Below, one piece after another: positions 34,701-45,481 of a DNA stretch of 64,000 bases. Under the pieces are notes generated by a model, which saw nothing but the letters and a program-made list of their open reading frames with translations, made no database searches and had not been told where the DNA came from. Made by a program: the position numbers and the translations under genes. This stretch comes from Marsupella aquatica (lineage: Eukaryota > Plantae > Marchantiophyta). The stretch is taken from assembly GCA_973895155.1 (NCBI GenBank), contig OZ316896.1, forward strand, positions 7,759,278 through 7,823,277, read 5' to 3'. Within the stretch, counting starts at the first letter, position 1; the number at the start of each line of letters is the position of its first letter.

Positions 34701-36365
34701 GTCATCATTGCAGAGCTCGACAAGGAGCTAAGAGCAACCCAGGAGGAGAGGGCTACCTTGAAGAAGGAATTGGAGGAAGCCCACAGGGAGCAGGAGGAGG
34801 CCAAAAACGAGCTGGAGGGGGCACGTAAGGACCTGGATGAAACCCAAGAGGAGTTGGAGGAAATCACGAGGAAGATGGAGAACCTACAGCGGCAGGCCGA
34901 CAACCAAACAGAGCGGCTGAAGAAACAAGCCGCAGTATTTAAATGCTTAGCTGCAGCAGGTCCATCTCCCGTTGGGACAAACCAGTTACCAGGGGTGGTA
35001 ATTGCCGAAGGACAAGCCGCGCCACCTGCACCAGTGCCGGAAGTAAGTGGGAAGGGGAAGGGACCAGCTGCCGAGCCACCAACGAAGAAGAAACGGAAAC
35101 CTTCAGGGTCAAGGAGTAATACGACTTCACAGGCCGTGGTGATCAAGGAGGTAGACCCAGCACCGACCCCAGACAGGGTCACGGCTAAGGATCCAACTAC
35201 CCTAGGGGAAGGGGAGGCCGAAGCCGAGGGAGTGGCTGAAGCCGAAGCCGAGGGAGTGACTGAGGCCGAAGCCGTGGGTATTGCCGAGGCCGGTGTTGAG
35301 ACTGAAGCCGAAGGTGGACCCAGTCAAGCCGATGGAGAGTTGACTCAGTCAAGGGCAGGTAATCTGTCAGAGAATGAACCTACGGCAGTGGCTGAGGAGG
35401 AAGCTTTGGGGGCGTCCATTAAGGATCCACCACCGGTGTCGTGACGGTGCAAGGGCACCGTTCCTTTTAGGGAGGGCGGACGTGGAGGGAGGAGGCGTGA
35501 GTGGGCAGGGCGGGCGCGGATCTCCACGTTTAGGATTAGGATCAGAACCAGGAGCGGCCTTGACACTTAGCTTAGTGGGATTGCGGTCCCACTGGTAGGA
35601 GCAACACTTGTGCTCCTGCCTTGCTGTACATAGGTAGATTCGGGCAAGTAGATTACTGTTAAGTAGATTAGGCTTACGATGCAAAGAATGGCGGATCCAC
35701 TACCAGGATAAGTACCTGGGCAGCGGGGAGCTCAGGGCCTCTTCTTTAGCAAGTTTTTAGTTTGCACCAGCCGGGCTGGGATCAAGTAGTACGAGAAGCT
35801 CTCGGTTAGTCATACAGTGACCCTTGTGTATATTCATGTTTCCTCATGCCTAAGAGCTGAATAGAGTTGGCCTCACGGCTTAGTTCGCAGAACTTGTGTA
35901 TGAGATGTACTGTTTGTATGGCAAGTGCATGGTATGACTCAGTCAGAATGAGTCATTTTGCTATTTGTGTGTCGCATTAACTTGTGTGAAGAGTGCCCAC
36001 ATCAACAGAAGGAAGGAAAGTAAGCAGGGGAGTGAGAGTTGGATGTGTCGAGCTGAGAGAGGTCTTAGCGGCTTAACCAAGCCTATTGGGGATCATTCCG
36101 GCGGCGGAATCCAAACATACCTAACAAGATGGAGGGGAAGACAGGGGAAGACAGGGGAAGGCCTATATTAGGCCGGCTACGTATCTCATGACCCGATGAA
36201 GGATCTGTCCAGTATATGTGTGTAAAATGTTAATAGTAGTAGTAGAAGGTTAGCAGCGTCCCATGCCGCTAAGCCGCGGAAACGGCCTCGCCAAGCACGA
36301 AACCTGCGGGAATCGGCTTGAGCTGGGGGGTTCCTTGGGTTTAGGGAGCCATGGGACGCACCACA
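31706..36365 (+). repeat. 3' LTR (4660 bp)
   Basis: Copy of 22680-27315 with scattered substitutions and a 24-bp in-frame extra repeat near 35225. Confidence 0.95.
31782..35444 (+). CDS. LTR-encoded large protein, 3' copy
   Basis: 1220-codon intact ORF, nearly identical to 22756..26394. Confidence 0.85.
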   Translation: MTKQGKYKQLGATMEPGQRPEVRLRVKTRLGLGRVKRRRLGRINGKKDRQRRGVRSTCRRWWLICEHELGRRLREANYCQLLRQALGERIDIDDRPKEGMSNVNQAAHFWGCLFERATEYIKTYEDEESERAARERQELARLWELQKTTFLGGELIKDEFLWTPTSNQLDDLLFCKDSVVGIREAIKNCNDIHWELKGSTERWTQATVLGETSTAAEMKRKGAVNDEATPAKRTRSAAPKRPAEQQSRRQGEAEEEEVDPIKAIPTRDDTWKGWAATLPVEVQLHFAREEDACFTAMQTKKYQGFMAGSGLEAFVRLPWLKPEVPESDLLEFVGSWEPETNCTRIYGRDFYLTPKVIAEVFGLPIGNKTKVDTKKTLPDKEFWSFPGPSTKNGFFRNTCTNPHIGEMIDFLRVTMHCNLPRAEIGKAQVYLAERPDPSRDYNGYLLNQLKKILKEEQQVIGMGSVSRLGYHMPLLCRYARSQTFAPVLPLQVRAPEEAPTQRPLAEKPQPPVNPTIEQAFRPRKEDLPMQQPGMQSLLKLLEKEKKSASATTTATATMQDTTTEVGLHRLTRENPFAGNKERIRPKSKPGVRMYVGTSSSESEAELPEAPTDEEEREKPDVQEVEEAVEDCSHDNSGYGSDHHVPGVRTCGRFVPTLPRVVRGDPNQQSSPESPPPDVAPPSFDGIKQTVQEFQERIKQEEEAALAKEKDLPGGDWPEDIRRLAEKGSKPLATIEEIRRTAWEQRPRWVMPITSTYSTYAKNRAMEYGEMCGELALGIFGEELEIGPFFHREQLEKHQLEEAVALERSKKDEVIRRLRRMEAEIEDLRAAKKAQDELRIKRHELNIMQGQLDTAQADNQNIKDKLTQTQEELADTIKEREKWKQELKNTEEAHITANSRAMAETQRKEWALKGELEKICGALEQKEVELGKSYQGIMALQQELASLTASFKADLREKDEMLEQTYAKMNQMESVIIAELDKELRATQEERATLKKELEEAHREQEEAKNELEGARKDLDETQEELEEITRKMENLQRQADNQTERLKKQAAVFKCLAAAGPSPVGTNQLPGVVIAEGQAAPPAPVPEVSGKGKGPAAEPPTKKKRKPSGSRSNTTSQAVVIKEVDPAPTPDRVTAKDPTTLGEGEAEAEGVAEAEAEGVTEAEAVGIAEAGVETEAEGGPSQADGELTQSRAGNLSENEPTAVAEEEALGASIKDPPPVS

Positions 36366-36477
36366 AGGGATAAGAGCGGAATGTGGCAAGATTTAGTCAG
36401 GACGAGCGAGGCCTCCACGAGAAAAAGGACCAGCCGGGTGGGAACGTGGACTCAACGAACCGGACTACGAGGTTAGT

Positions 36478-38793
36478 ATGACCCTTACAGCCTTGGGATT
36501 TTGGACCTTGTTTGGCGAGGTAGGTGCTAAGTTCTCCGAGACTTACTGGTACTCTTGTCCCGAGAAAGCCGCTTACGAACGAAGATACGCGAAGCTGGTG
36601 ACCAAGGTAGCACTGGTTAATTGCGAAAGGATAGCCATCACTAGGGATTCCAGCTACAACGAGCTGCGAGACTACATCACCGAACTATATCTCAGCGAGG
36701 ACGGGCTTAGATCGGTAGCAGAGGCGATTCTTGAAGTCCCGGCGAAGTTCTTTAAGCTGAAGGGCAGCCAGCGGCTTACTCAAGCAAAGTTCGACAAGAT
36801 TCCGGGGTACCTAGACCAGCAGATCGCAGCCGAAAAGCATCAAGAAGACATCAGCAGACAACGGGAAGCGGCGCGTAATCTTACGTTCCTCGAGGAAAGC
36901 TCCAACGCCTTCAACTGGGATATGGCTACCCCGATACCACCAGTGCCTCTGCCGATGACCATCGGCTTACCGCCGAACCGGTCCCAAGTCCGTCCAATGA
37001 TCAACACCAAGTGTTCTTCGGGTTCTGAGCGAGTTAGCCCGCAACTCGAACAACGTTCTCGTAAGCGGCCAAGGATGACGACGGCCCCCGAATCAACAAC
37101 GCGAACCAACGCCACGCCTGCACCTGCCCCGGAAAACCCCCCGGCCAACCAGAACCGACGGCCCCCGGATAACCCAAAGTCCAACTTATTACAGGTAATC
37201 CGCGTCCCCGAAGTAGTCTGGATCGCGATCAAGAAACTCGAACACGCGGACTATCTGAAGGAGCATCAGTTGGAGCAGTTCGCTCACTTGCTATGGAGAC
37301 CGTGCACCGCCGGGCCGAAGGAGATTTGTGAGTTCATCTCCAATTTCGACACTGACGCATCGACCACCAAGGTTTCGGGGCAGGCCTTATCACTCACGGA
37401 GCATCGGTTAACGCAAATCTTCTGCCTGCCAACCGGGCCGGTGCCGGTTGAACTCTGAATTCGGGATAAGGAGTATACACCGCGGCACTTCAAACCTGAG
37501 GGTAAGACGGATAACGGATACAAGCAGGGGTCGTGCACCAACTTAATCTGCATGGAGCGTCTTAACTTCATACGGACTACCTTACACATGATTGAGCCAC
37601 GATCCGAGATTTCCCTCTGCACGATCATGCAGGTGGAACAGTACAAACGGCGGAACTGGGCCCAATTCTTCTACCGAAGATTCTCGGGGGAGCTGAAGCG
37701 GGCTCAGGGTGGTATGGCTATTGGGGGGAAAACTTACTTGGGAAGTCATATCGCCATTATCCTCGCCTGGTACAAGGCACGGCGGGAGGCCAGAGGAAAG
37801 AATATGGCCACCTCAGCCCCGACTAATATCACCCCCGCCCCAGAGGAGGCAACCCCGAGTGCGCGGACTACCGTCCCTCGGGCAAACCTCGAGCCGGAAG
37901 CCCCGACTAATACTCCGCCACCTCCTCCTATGGAAATTCCGCCGCCCCCTTCCGTCGAGCCTCTGCTACCCGCAGTACAACCACCCCCAATCCCTCCACC
38001 ATCGGAAGAAACCTTCCTCTCCCCAGCGCAGACTACGGAGGAGCTCGTTGCCCCGCCCGAGGAACCACCGGTACCCGAGAGGATGGAGGACTACCAAGTA
38101 GCCCCGGGGACCATGGCCTACGACCTGGTCCATAAGTTTAGCCAGACTATGTCTGGGGAGCTGGCGACGTACATCGGACAACAAGTCTTGGCGTACTTTC
38201 AACCAGCCTTCTTCATGTTAGAGCACCAACCACGGATCGTAAGCCGCTTAGAAGAAGAACTCATGGCGAAGGGGAATGAGATCGGGTGCCTCCAGATGCT
38301 GGTAGAGCACCTCGAGGAGGAGGCCACTACCCGCCACGAGGAGTTAGTTCGCACCGTCAAACAGAGGGACGGACTAACCCAGGAGTTAAGCGGAGGGCAA
38401 GCAGATCTCAAGAAGCTGGACAACACCGTGCTTCAATTACGCTCAGAATCTTCGGCTCGGGTTACTAGCCTGACCGACCTCAACAAACAATTTCTACAGG
38501 CAGCGCAGCAGGTGGCTAGTCTCTCCGCCGAACGGGATAAATTGTTGGCGCAGGACCAGATCCATCGCGACTCCATTAACCAGCTCAACCTGGAGGTAGT
38601 GCGGCTCCAAATCAAGGCTGATGAAGCTGCAAACGAGGCGGAGGAGGCGGTGCGGGACAACAAGGCCTTGCAGGACCGCGTTACTCTGCTCGTCCTCCAG
38701 CGGGGAAAACCTGGGCCCACCTCTGATCAAGGCGGCTCGAGGTCTCGCCCCGACAAGGGGACCAGCCCTGGTCCAACCACAGCACACACGTAA
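36478..38793 (+). pseudogene. Solo-LTR-encoded homolog of the LTR protein, with one in-frame TGA
   Basis: ORFs 36478..37458 and 37552..38793 share a frame. LEQFAHLLW..EFISNFD..IFCLPTG..NGY..CTN..YLGSH aligns with LEAFVRLPW..EFVGSWE..VFGLPIG..NGF..CTN..RLGYH. C-terminal coiled coil. Confidence 0.8.
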
Positions 38794-39783
38794 GGGGTGG
38801 TTAGCGAAGGGTGGAAGCAGGCGCCGCGCGAGGCAGTTAAGTCAGCGGCATCTTTTGGTTAGGTGCAACGACAGAATGGCTGTCATTAGGCGCCGATTAG
38901 CGGCAGTAGGAAGAATTAGGGTCGGATCAGTTAGGATCAGCCAATGTAGGATGGAGTCCATCAACGAACTAGATTTTTGTCAGTAGGCTTGGCCGCTGCC
39001 ATCCCGGTTGGCACCCTTGTCATCGATGGTCAACCAGTCAGTGCGGCACGGCCAGTAGTCAGAAGGTAGTTAGGCAGTAGGTAGTATCCCGGAAGGTAGT
39101 ATCCTCCGGTTCTCTTCCGCAAACTGTAGTATTTAGGCTTCCCCTTCCGCTAGGAAGGGGGAGAAGGCTTAGTTATCTCAGCAGAAGAAAGGTGAGGCAC
39201 GGGGAGTCCCGGCCTGAGCAGGGTCAGAGCGCACCAAGGAGTGAGAGCCAGAGTCAAGCTTGCTGGGCAAGTGCAAGGCGGGGCCTCGTAGAGACTGGGC
39301 ATCTACTGCCGTTGGGCCTACTGACCCCCTTTGAAGTCGAGTCAACCATGTAAACTGATGCTTCGCTGAGTAAATGTAGTCTTTTCCCTCGAATGTTTCC
39401 GCAAGTAACTGGTGTTGTGAGTATGCTTTGTCTGGGCAAAGGCACCATTTTAAGGGATGTACCGGGTGCGGACTAATGGTAGGGATTGCCACCCATTGTA
39501 TGTCACAAGGTTCTATCGCGTCGATGGCTTGAAAAGCCCCAAGCCGGGAGTTAGTCCGAGTCACTAACTGAGGGAGGATTCCAACGGTGGAAAATAAAAG
39601 ATACCTATGACTAGTACAAATTGCTTAAGTGTTATACCAGTAAGTATATCGGCTTAGCCCGACTTAGGGCTAATCGGGGCCACTACACACCTCCTTGCCC
39701 GAACCCTCACCCCTACTGGTGGTCGAGGTCGCGCCATGGCACTAAACTGGATTTAAGGCCCAGGTTAGGGACGCGACAATTGC

Positions 39784-39960
39784 CTCCTCTAGGATAAGCT
39801 CAAAAATGCATAAACATTTGTCGAAGCGTACAGGATTTCCCGAGAAATTGATTTGTGGTGGAGATCTGGAAATTGCATTCCTGGGAAGCTTTGGATGCTA
39901 CAAGGCTGGATCTCTTGGTGGGTTGTAAGATGGTGGTAGTGGGGAAACTTTATTAGACTT
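39784..39960 (+). pseudogene. Continuation of the MULE transposase after the solo LTR
   Basis: EIDLWWRSG..GWISWWVVRWW*WG, then a GTGAGT splice donor at 39961 and a palindrome at 40002. Confidence 0.6.
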
Positions 39961-40016
39961 GTGAGTATCACCCTTTTCAATTCCTGAATAGACTTCTACA
40001 CTAGCGTCTAGCGCTA

Positions 40017-40215
40017 TTATTATTAATTTTATTTTTTATTCATCTTTATTCCGCGTGAACCCCACGGATGAGGGAACCAGTAGGCCCAAGGCAAAAGGGC
40101 CACAAGGCCAAAAAGGACAACAACAGATGTATCCCTACATACCAGAGGGGAACAACACCACAAGACCAATCCGAGCCAATTCAGGAGCTAAGCAATGATC
40201 CTAATACTCCATGCT
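40017..40215 (-). mobile_element. Probable LINE 3' end with A-rich tail
   Basis: Minus strand ends AATAAAGATGAATAAAAAATAAAATTAATAATAA. Orientation matches the LINE ORF2 ending at 52118, which is separated from it by the CACTA element. Confidence 0.5.
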
Positions 40216-41050
40216 ATAGTGTTATTCGATAGGATTTACATCGGATCCCTTCAGGAAAATTGACGCAAAAATTTCTATCATCTGATGCTATTCCCAACGC
40301 ACTTTGCGATGCGTAAACCATCGCATATTGACCATCGGACTTCCATCGGACTTTCCGATATTTTGGACAACGGATGTTCCGTTGTAATGTGTTACGGATA
40401 TTTTATGTCCGATGTAAAATGAATCGGATAATTAACATGCGACAGCACACGACGATTTCCTATGTCCGATACTATTTACATCGGGATGTCCGATATATTT
40501 GATATGGCAATTTGCGAAGTAATTTTTATCGGACATTGCGTTATTTATAATAACGGAAAGTGCGTTAGTTTTTGTATCGGACTATCCGATATGTTTAAGA
40601 TGGGAACCCTCAAGGAGGGGTTCGATGCATTGGGGATGGGAAAGTTCGAAGGCAGCAGCATCGGACACTGCTATATTACCGATGCAGATGGTAACGGACT
40701 TGCAACGGATTATCAAATGTTCTGGGGGTGGAATACAGGGTTTCATGGGTGGTTTTTTGGGGGTTTGGGTATTGGTTTAGGGTTGAAGGTGACATACACC
40801 AATTAGGAACCAAAGATAATGCTATAAACACGAGGTCAAAATATCATATTCAAAAAGGGGATCACCCTAATATGTACAAAATGGATTAGGCCTACTGGGT
40901 AGACCCATCCTGGTCGTGATGGCACGATAGAAGATGTAAAGAGAGCTTTGACTAGAGACTACACTGAGCTATATACAAGGTACCTCCTAGTGAGTGTCTA
41001 ATCAAAGCTGTCTAGCACTAGATACCCGGCCACCTAAATGCAACTAACCT

Positions 41051-43430
41051 CTAAAAAGGTGTGTTGCGTCCCTTCTTCTTTGGGCGAGAACGAAGGGGTG
41101 GTACAGGTCTAGCATCATGAGAGCCCTCCTCCCTCTGGCTGCCCACAACCGTGGCAGCCACCTGCTCACCAGATGGCATGGGTTGGCCTGATGCCGGCCT
41201 AGACCCTAACCCACTAGATGCACCGCTAGGGTGGTCAGGCAAGGTAGATGTCCAACCAACCCCCGACACGGCAGAGTGAAAGGATGCCTCAGCTCCTCCC
41301 GCAGACCTGCTAGAGTGATGGGATGGTGCGCCGACAGATCTTGTGGGTGGCCCATGTCGTGCTGTACTCCCACCAGACTCACGAGATGGTGCGCGCCCTC
41401 TAGATCCACCATCCGGCACATCGCCACTACCTCGTCGGGAAGGGCCACCTGCACCAGATACTCCTACGCAATCGCCTCGTCCCATGCCATCACCTCTACT
41501 ACCCCCTGAGTGCCTGGGCCCCGCACCCCGTGATGCTCTAGAGCGATGGGAGCCCACACCATCAGCAGCATGTGACCCACCCCTCCCTGCTGATGGGGCA
41601 ACAGCACCAGATGGGGCAACAATACCTCGGACCTGAGGAGTAGGGGTGACTGTGGGCACCCTCCCCAACCCTGCCTCAGCATCCTGCTCAGAATCTGAGT
41701 CCAACTCCTCTGACCCAGACCCCTCCTCATCCTGTGCAATAGGGTTTAATTGCAGTTAGAATGAATGGTCCCGACCATAACTCTAACAAATTCATGACAA
41801 CCTTAAACATTATATCAACCTAGGGTGAACACTTACCTCTCCCAACTCATCCTCAAGGTGGCGCTTTAGAGCGCGGGGTCCATCCGTCTTTGCCAAATTC
41901 CTCTCCAACGGCGCAATAGGGCGACCATACTCCCGCTCCTGAAATTTAAAGATCCAAACCATAGAGGCCAGGTTAATATCAAATCTAGTATTAGCGTGCC
42001 CTACCCTAAACCAAGCCACCCTACATAGCCCTAATGTAACCTTAAACCATAGTTCACCCTAACTTATACTCTACCCTAGTAAAAAATTAATGTTAAGTAC
42101 GTTCATTCAAAAATTTAAATGTTATGCCGAGGGGTCCGATGCAAAGTCCGATACATCCTGCATCGGACGTCTATCGGATGCGTAACAAGAAAAATGGCAT
42201 GACACGGTGTCCAATGTTGCTTCCGATGCAAAACCTATCGGATGAGTATCGGAAAGAACAGGCCCGAGAGCAAAATTGAGTTTTGCAAAGGGTTTAAACA
42301 AAAGACATAAGGCACAAACAACTCATTCTTCGTGCGAGGAGTCAGGTGATCAGGGAGTCGAGGTGGGGAGGAGAGGGAGGGCACTTACAAACTCAGCCTT
42401 CAATCGATTGGAGTCGCCTTGCCCCATCCGGTGAGTGATGGTTGGCCTCCCCTGCACTCTCTCCAATGCTGCTATGATGTGCCTTGGTGGTTTGGGGAGT
42501 CTTGCTGCTTGAGCTGCCCATTGTTGCAGGTTCTGTTGAAGGGGGAGGATATCAACATTCTCCCCAGCCTTTTGCTTCTCCTCTGCCAGCCTAATTTCGT
42601 TGTCCCAATGTCTTCTTTTCAGCCAGGCACGGACTGAGAGTTCCTCCTCAAGCCAAGCCGCCCACTCATCCGGGGAAACATCGTCTGGACAATCCTCCTC
42701 CCTGATCACCTCTGCATCCACTGCCATATCTCCAAGGTACTTTCTGAATTTCTCTCGCTGATGATTGCGCATGTCTGAGAGTGATGCTGAAATTCATTTG
42801 TTTAGGAACCTGTCATCAATGTAGGCCCCGTTCCTGAACCGTTCCTTCACCTGCTCTCTAATTCTCAATCTCTCTTCCTCCTTCTTCTTGCCCCAGTAAT
42901 CCAATGGCCCCAAATTGGCCCTCAGCACCTGCTTGAATTGGCTTTAGATGGTAGCTCTTAGGCAATGGACCACCACCCGAATTGAGAGCTAGCTCAGGCC
43001 TGAGAGCTCTCTCTGCCTCCTTTCGCCTATGCTCCTCCAATCGCACCTTCTCAATTGCCCTAGCTTCTTTTCGAAGCTTTTTCTCTCATTTTCTTGGAGA
43101 CAGTGTCTCCTCTGCATCCCCCTTGCCTCTCTTTGCCTCTTTCTTCCTCTTCTTTGCCTCCTTCTCACTTGCAATGCTTGCAGCAGTAGTCTTCTCTGCC
43201 TCACGCCGAGAGGCATCAATCAGCGTTTGGAGGAGTGGGGCTACTCTCTCTGCATCCTCCACACTCAGCCCTGCCTTGGCCACAAAAATGTCCCTCATAA
43301 CTTCATTGTATGGCTGGGACGGTCCCCCTTGCTCTCCACCACCACCTGATCCCCCTTCGTCTCCCCCACCACCTGATCCCCCGCCCCCTCCATCTCTCCT
43401 CCTCCTTCAAGCTCTCCTCCTTGATCCAGC
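41051..43430 (-). pseudogene. TnpA-like accessory gene of the CACTA element, multi-exon and decayed
   Basis: ORFs 43086..43298, 42350..42772 (CPDDVSPDEW..THRMGQG), 41810..42019 and 41051..41704, with GTAAGT donors near 42385 and 41835. Confidence 0.5.
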
Positions 43431-44629
43431 TTCAAAAAATTTGAAAAACACCAAGTGCGAAACGGGGCCCGACGCGCGGGTCTTCGTACCTACATCGGTT
43501 CTTTTTTCCAAAACAAAACCTGCTGCTTCCGATTCTTTCTGTTTCGGACTTTGCGAAACCAAAGGTATCGGACACGCAATCGGACTTTCCGAAACTATCT
43601 GCTTCGGACCCCTCGTCCTTTTCTTGTGGCCGTGTATTTACCAAGTGTGGCCCGTTTCCTATTGCATCAGACCCCTCATGAAGTTATATCGGATACCTCT
43701 TGGCTTTCCCAAAGGGGGTCCAATATAATGTTTTGAATTTGGGTTGGGTATGGGATTGGAGGGTTTAGAGTATAAGTTAGGATATTTAGGTTTTGTATGG
43801 GGTAAGGGCACATGGTTGGAGTTATTATTTGCTTTCATATTTGAATCCGCGTTTTGTAGGGCTCTACATATGTGAACGGGACAGTGAACGTGTCATGCAT
43901 GTAGAGGGACCTCTTGCAAGTTTCTTTGTTGCGGAGAACAAATTTTGGGGTTTGTACCGGACTTCATAATTTTTTTGATAAGCTATGGTCTTGCATGCTT
44001 AATATATTGGGCTCTAATTAATGATGCAATTGTGTATAGAGTCTTGGTGTTTTAGGGGTGGTTACGTTGTGGTGATGGGAACTCAATACTATGATATGTA
44101 ATATAGGATCAAGAAAATACTACAAGAAGTTTTTGTATGAACCATTTTCGGGTGAAAGCCTTTTGTTTCATTTCTTTATAGGGGATTATGGGTGTACGTA
44201 GAGGTTCTATTAGTATAACATTCTACCTTTTGTTAGGATAATATTAAACCCCTTCATTAGGCTAATCTTTGTGTTTGGATTTGATGTGTAGTACCTTGCT
44301 TTTGGAGGGGTGGTTAACTTTTTTTGAGGGGGTAGGGAGGTTTCGATTTTGGACAATGCACTATGCATGAAACTGTGCATCCAGGAGGTATGATGTCCTC
44401 TTGCAAGTTCCTTGCAAGTTTAGGGATGGTTGTGGTGATGGGAACTCAATACTGTGATATATGATAGACAAAATACTACAAGAAGTTTTTGTACGAACCA
44501 TTTCTTGGTGAAAGCTATTTGGATCATTTCTTTGGAGGGGTTTATGGGCTTAGGGTTATGGGGTTTTACTAGGATAAGGTTACACCTTTTCTTAGGATAA
44601 GGTTCAACCTCCATATATTAGCTAGGCTA

Positions 44630-45481
44630 ATGGTTGTGTTGGATTTGATGCAGAGTACCTTGCGTTTGGAGGGGTGGTTCAATGTTTGTGAGGTCTCTCG
44701 GCCCGAGGTTGTGACTACTAGAGTCCTACGTACACGACCACGATCTGGTAGACGTAGACGGCAGTATGGACCACTGGACCAGGTAGACAGACGAGAGGAG
44801 GTGTTAGGTACTAGTGATCGACCAGCCGGTAACGTAGATTATATTTGCATTGAGGGCAAGTTTGGACTATCCTATCTCACTGGTAGGGCTGCCAAAGTTT
44901 TGAAGGACTTTTCTCCAAGTCTCTTCAAATTTCCAGATTTTATTCCTACAGATGAACCAATTCAAATATGGGGTCGCCCTTGGATAGTGAAGGCATCCTC
45001 TATTGGTCCTGATATAGGATATGGTCTTTTTTCTTTGGAGGATATTGTGGTCCCTCCAAAGCCATGGAGACGTGGTTATGATGGAGAGCACCTCTTTCCT
45101 TACATTGGGGCTGTATATAACTCCAAGAGTTGGAATATTTTGTTGCGTCAACACCCAAGTTGGGGGGTGTATGCATTGAGGATGGACTCAGACCCGGATG
45201 AGGTCTTCACTAGGCCGTGGCATTGCCGGATGATTGATGGTGACCCTATTCGGAACGGTAATTTAGCAGGGTACATCAATAGTACCACAGGTAGAGATAG
45301 AGGTTTGGAGGCTAATGTAGAGTGGATTCAAATGTTTGGTCCACCTAGACATCCATATTTTGTGAAACATATGGACGACCATATCATGACAGTAGCTGTT
45401 AGGACCATTAGAGCTGGTGAGGAGTTATTGTGTGAGTATGAGTGGGATGCACCAAAATTGTCCTTGCGTTGTCGTCCATGA
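44630..45481 (+). CDS. SET-domain protein (putative lysine methyltransferase)
   Basis: VKASSIGPDIGYGLF (motif I), GNLAGYINS..AN (NHS-equivalent lacking His) and AVRTIRAGEELLCEY (ELxxDY motif). ORF is intact, 283 aa. Confidence 0.8.
   Translation: MVVLDLMQSTLRLEGWFNVCEVSRPEVVTTRVLRTRPRSGRRRRQYGPLDQVDRREEVLGTSDRPAGNVDYICIEGKFGLSYLTGRAAKVLKDFSPSLFKFPDFIPTDEPIQIWGRPWIVKASSIGPDIGYGLFSLEDIVVPPKPWRRGYDGEHLFPYIGAVYNSKSWNILLRQHPSWGVYALRMDSDPDEVFTRPWHCRMIDGDPIRNGNLAGYINSTTGRDRGLEANVEWIQMFGPPRHPYFVKHMDDHIMTVAVRTIRAGEELLCEYEWDAPKLSLRCRP

Larger units (their letters stand above)
22680..36365 (+). mobile_element. Ty3/gypsy (Tat/Athila-like) LTR retrotransposon with 4.6-kb protein-coding LTRs and RT/RNase H deleted
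   Basis: AGGGA TSD at 22675-22679 and 36366-36370; TG..CA LTRs; PBS, PPT, gag-PR and integrase remnant. Confidence 0.95.
22235..39778 (+). mobile_element. Solo LTR (~3.85 kb once the nested element is removed)
   Basis: TGTGACAC...GCGACA ends. ATTGC TSD at 22230-22234 and 39779-39783. Removing it restores the transposase frame (FEHC-LL..). Confidence 0.85.

Noticed and set aside
22680-36365. Tandem duplication of a host coiled-coil (myosin/SMC-like) gene
   Set aside because: The repeats have TG..CA ends, PBS, PPT and a shared TSD, so they are LTRs. No motor or ATPase motifs are present.
1900-40020. Large inversion joining the plus-strand transposase N-half to the minus-strand C-half at 930-1892
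   Set aside because: The break at about 40017 is more simply explained by a LINE tail, and no breakpoint homology is visible. Two separate copies are more parsimonious.
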